Virus record (IMG/VR): IMGVR_UViG_3300033516_000084
Span: 36,967-100,966 of that record
DNA: 64,000 bases
Strand: one strand, 5' to 3'
Origin: a virus
The position numbers and the translations under genes were made by a program. Positions 61,644-64,000 of this stretch are shown piece by piece. Under the pieces are notes generated by a model. It saw only the letters and a list, made by a program, of their open reading frames with translations. It made no database searches and was not told the DNA's origin. Each line of letters starts with the position of its first letter. Position 1 is the first letter of the stretch.

Positions 61644-63653
61644 TTAGTTAAAACGCACGTTATACGTCTTTTGCACTGATGTAGAGCTTTGCACCTGAAC
61701 GGTGATAACGTCCTTTCGGGTGCTGGAGAACCCCAAACCGCTCAACTGGTTTTCAACCATAGGGCATTTAGTCAAATTTGATAACTGCTCAAAAACTTTC
61801 CGGTGGGCATCCAACTTAGAGTTCAGGAACTCGTTATAAATCCCCCTTGCAGGTTCTGGATTACGACACCCCTCCAGTACAAAGAACCAGTGTTTGTTAC
61901 CAACGGCGTTGTCATCCCAGTAGTTCGGGCTGTACATCATCGTCTGCACCTTCACAAAGGTTTCGGTCTTGATACCCCACTCCACCTTTGACCGGCCTTC
62001 TTGCGTTAGCTCGGGGTGGGAAGTGCAGGACACCATTGCATTGTTTTTTACAGTGATTGTCAGCACATCTACTGTTCCTGTCACTGGTTTAGCGTACTTG
62101 TACTGGGTAGTAGCCCCGTCAAATTCAACCTCTAGGACAAACCCAATGTCAGCGGTTTCGCGGCGGTTGTATTGGTTGACGTACACCCGGTACACGCCAT
62201 CACTTAGGCTTACCCAACTAAGGTTCTCAACCGCCTCGCGGGTAGTCCCACCCCCGGCATTCATGTCCACATCCAAGACCGATCTTTTATTACCAAAGTA
62301 AATACGCTCACCATTAGGCGTATAGCACCCCAAATCCAGATCATCATAGTTGAACCACGCGAGAGACACCCGGAGTTTGGCGTTGGTCACATTGCCACCG
62401 GCATTCTTCACCTTCTCCTTGATAGAGTCAGTGATATTGCCGTTGTAACTCCAGCCAAAATCATTGTCCCATTTGAACAACTTCCCTGAATCAGGGTTTA
62501 CTGGCGCGGTAAGGCTTACCAAGTTAGGCAGGTACTTGCCCTGAACCAGCAAGCTCATGCCCTGGGCTTTGGGTACGACCTTGGACATGAAATCAACAAT
62601 ACCAATATCCTCGGACTTGCTGCTGGTGCGCCCGGTGGTGGTATCAACATGGGCCATCAACAGACCCTCTACCCCGCCCTTCATGTGGGACCTGACTGAG
62701 TTGTCCACCCACAGGACGTTGTTCACACTCACATCCCCGATAGTGGCTAACCGGCGTTCAAGGGCTGGCTCAAGTCCAAGCTCTGTGATGGTAGCCATAG
62801 CAGCCTTTACCATGCTCTGAGTGATCAAGGCAGTTGTACGCTTGTAATTTGTTGGGGCTACTTTGACCTCGAATGAGCGTACTGCGTGTTCTACACCAAT
62901 GCCTTCACTAAGGTCTTGCACCAGAGTACCGATCACGGTGTTACGGAAGTGCGCAGCTTGTCCAACAGCGCTTGTCCACACGTAGGTGTCACGCTCAGTG
63001 CCACCTTGTGGCAAGGTCAGGTACTGATTCTGCGCCTTCTGAAAAGTCACCACCGCTGCCCGGTGCTCTGCACCCCGGTAGATGGCATTGGAGTCAATCA
63101 ACTCCAGCACCTGTGCCACTGACGCTGGAGACAGCTCCTCCAGGCCACGCTTAAACACTTGGGCGGCTGTACGGAAATCGCCTCGCGCCTTGTCTACTTG
63201 ATTGGTCAGATGCCTACTAGCCACCTTACCATGAAAGTGGTTCCAGTTCATGATCGTACCACCTGCCAGTAACTGCTTGGTCTGCTCAGCCCCGTAGGAG
63301 GCCTCAGACGACCTGAATAGGTTGGTGATAGGCATTGATAGCACCAGTGCATCTAAGGCCGCTGCAACCCCATTGAATGGGTACTCTGCGCCCTTTACAC
63401 CCCACACCGATTGGAGCTTGCCGTTGACCACGGCCACCACGGTGCCGATGTTCCGCACGAAGTTCTTGCAGCAACTGCAATCATGCTCGGTACGGGTCTT
63501 GTAAATTGGATTTGTCCCCTCTGGGAACGACTGGAGGTATTTTTCCCACAGCAAGTCACCATCAACGGTAACGTAAAGTTCTTGCTTGGACATTTCCACG
63601 AACTTGGAATGTACAAGGCTTGCAAACGGCTTAAATTCTGACATAGGTTTCAT
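61644..63653 (-). CDS. conserved large phage protein with a YfaP/DUF2135-like domain
   Basis: EHDCSCCKNF; LRVSLAWFNYDDLDL...LDVDMNAG...AVEN; SPNYWD...GNKH.FF. Confidence 0.7.
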   Translation of the reverse strand: MKPMSEFKPFASLVHSKFVEMSKQELYVTVDGDLLWEKYLQSFPEGTNPIYKTRTEHDCSCCKNFVRNIGTVVAVVNGKLQSVWGVKGAEYPFNGVAAALDALVLSMPITNLFRSSEASYGAEQTKQLLAGGTIMNWNHFHGKVASRHLTNQVDKARGDFRTAAQVFKRGLEELSPASVAQVLELIDSNAIYRGAEHRAAVVTFQKAQNQYLTLPQGGTERDTYVWTSAVGQAAHFRNTVIGTLVQDLSEGIGVEHAVRSFEVKVAPTNYKRTTALITQSMVKAAMATITELGLEPALERRLATIGDVSVNNVLWVDNSVRSHMKGGVEGLLMAHVDTTTGRTSSKSEDIGIVDFMSKVVPKAQGMSLLVQGKYLPNLVSLTAPVNPDSGKLFKWDNDFGWSYNGNITDSIKEKVKNAGGNVTNAKLRVSLAWFNYDDLDLGCYTPNGERIYFGNKRSVLDVDMNAGGGTTREAVENLSWVSLSDGVYRVYVNQYNRRETADIGFVLEVEFDGATTQYKYAKPVTGTVDVLTITVKNNAMVSCTSHPELTQEGRSKVEWGIKTETFVKVQTMMYSPNYWDDNAVGNKHWFFVLEGCRNPEPARGIYNEFLNSKLDAHRKVFEQLSNLTKCPMVENQLSGLGFSSTRKDVITVQVQSSTSVQKTYNVRFN

Positions 63654-63695
63654 CCTAAAAAGTTGGTAACAACGCTAACGCTAGCCCCAAGTTGG

Positions 63696-63932
63696 CTACT
63701 TGGCACTCTCCTTATGAAATTGATTGCACAAGGACACGGCCTCTGCGACAGCCTTATCCACATTTATTTTTAGTTGGGCATAGAATGCCGGGTGTACCAA
63801 GCACTCGTACCCGGTCTTCAGGGTTTTTCTCTGGCCCACGGTCAACCCCAGCTTGAAGGTGCTGAAAATCCGCAGGGCCTCTTTAGTACACCCGGTGTTC
63901 AACAGGTGTAAGGCTTGTTCTGTTTTAGTCAT
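63696..63932 (-). CDS. hypothetical protein
   Basis: Class II promoter/leader at 63933-64000. Confidence 0.65.
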   Translation of the reverse strand: MTKTEQALHLLNTGCTKEALRIFSTFKLGLTVGQRKTLKTGYECLVHPAFYAQLKINVDKAVAEAVSLCNQFHKESAK

Positions 63933-64000
63933 TTTCAATCCTTTGAAGGTGAGGGTTTTGGTTGGTAAGACTTGATTATAGCACAGTTTGCCAAGGCTTA

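Larger units (their letters stand above)
1159..63728 (+). repeat. dispersed 14-bp near-palindrome TGCAATTGATTGCA (about 32 copies, co-oriented)
   Basis: Exact TGCAATTGATTGC(A/G) at 1159, 2728, 7228, 9297, 12100, 16338, 18957, 24108, 29445, 34095, 35254, 41080, 45425, 48167, 52055, 56127, 57239, 58982, 60494, 61151. Variants with 1-2 mismatches at 6741, 8278, 15146, 25352, 25600, 25623, 27216, 27680, 32159, 52873, 54898, 63715. Confidence 0.95.
19583..64000 (-). promoter_or_regulatory. repeated promoter/leader module (class II): AAAATATATTTT...AAACC-TTG[ATG][TC]A-N8-TATA[AC]T...GCTTACCAACC...TTCAAAGGAYTGAAAATG
   Basis: About 20 copies near 19583, 19897, 21559, 22260, 22776, 23560, 24372, 24767, 25203, 26116, 26410, 27057, 27544, 29361, 32079, 33472, 47636, 48110, 49860, 59204 and 63933. 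Confidence 0.9.

Noticed and set aside
265-63641. Plus-strand ORFs in the ORF track
   Set aside because: They are antisense shadows of well-supported minus-strand genes, with no recognisable motifs; all promoters and RBSs I found point to the minus strand.
1159-63728. The 14-mer as a by-product of a repeated protein motif
   Set aside because: It is translated in three different frames and also occurs in intergenic DNA.
1-64000. tRNA/rRNA genes, integrase, IS transposase, reverse transcriptase (DGR or retron), genetic-code reassignment
   Set aside because: None recognised by eye, and long genes translate intact with the standard code. tRNAscan and Infernal were not run, so small RNAs could be missed.

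Overview
A 64 kb segment of a large tailed dsDNA phage, probably a siphovirus of a proteobacterial host (inferred). Essentially every real gene is on the minus strand. From left to right: (1) tail and head morphogenesis genes (major tail protein, neck, major capsid, scaffold, XkdF-type prohead protease, split MuF-like head protein and portal, the last two carrying inteins); (2) about 19-28 kb, an array of small single-gene cassettes with repeated promoter, leader and terminator elements; (3) RNA ligase, an intein-containing AAA ATPase and a family A DNA polymerase with three inteins; (4) a cluster with two Cys-based phosphatases, a CsrA-like protein and a truncated PPDK-like kinase; (5) dCMP deaminase, a histone-deacetylase-family enzyme and large ADP-ribosyltransferase / Acb1-like / GNAT-like polyproteins. 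Most notable signals: (a) a 14-bp near-palindrome TGCAATTGATTGCA in about 32 co-oriented copies, including inside genes in all three frames; (b) effector modules that each follow a hydrophobic-x-Lys site and a short tag, suggesting capsid-loaded, protease-processed cargo; (c) an HNH gene nested out of frame inside a polymerase intein; (d) a covarying CA-ANGGAN-UG hairpin over the Shine-Dalgarno of about 25 genes alongside a phage CsrA-like gene; (e) a promoter class with only 8 nt between a TTGACA-like box and the -10. All calls come from reading motifs by eye; no searches were run, and copy counts are manual.
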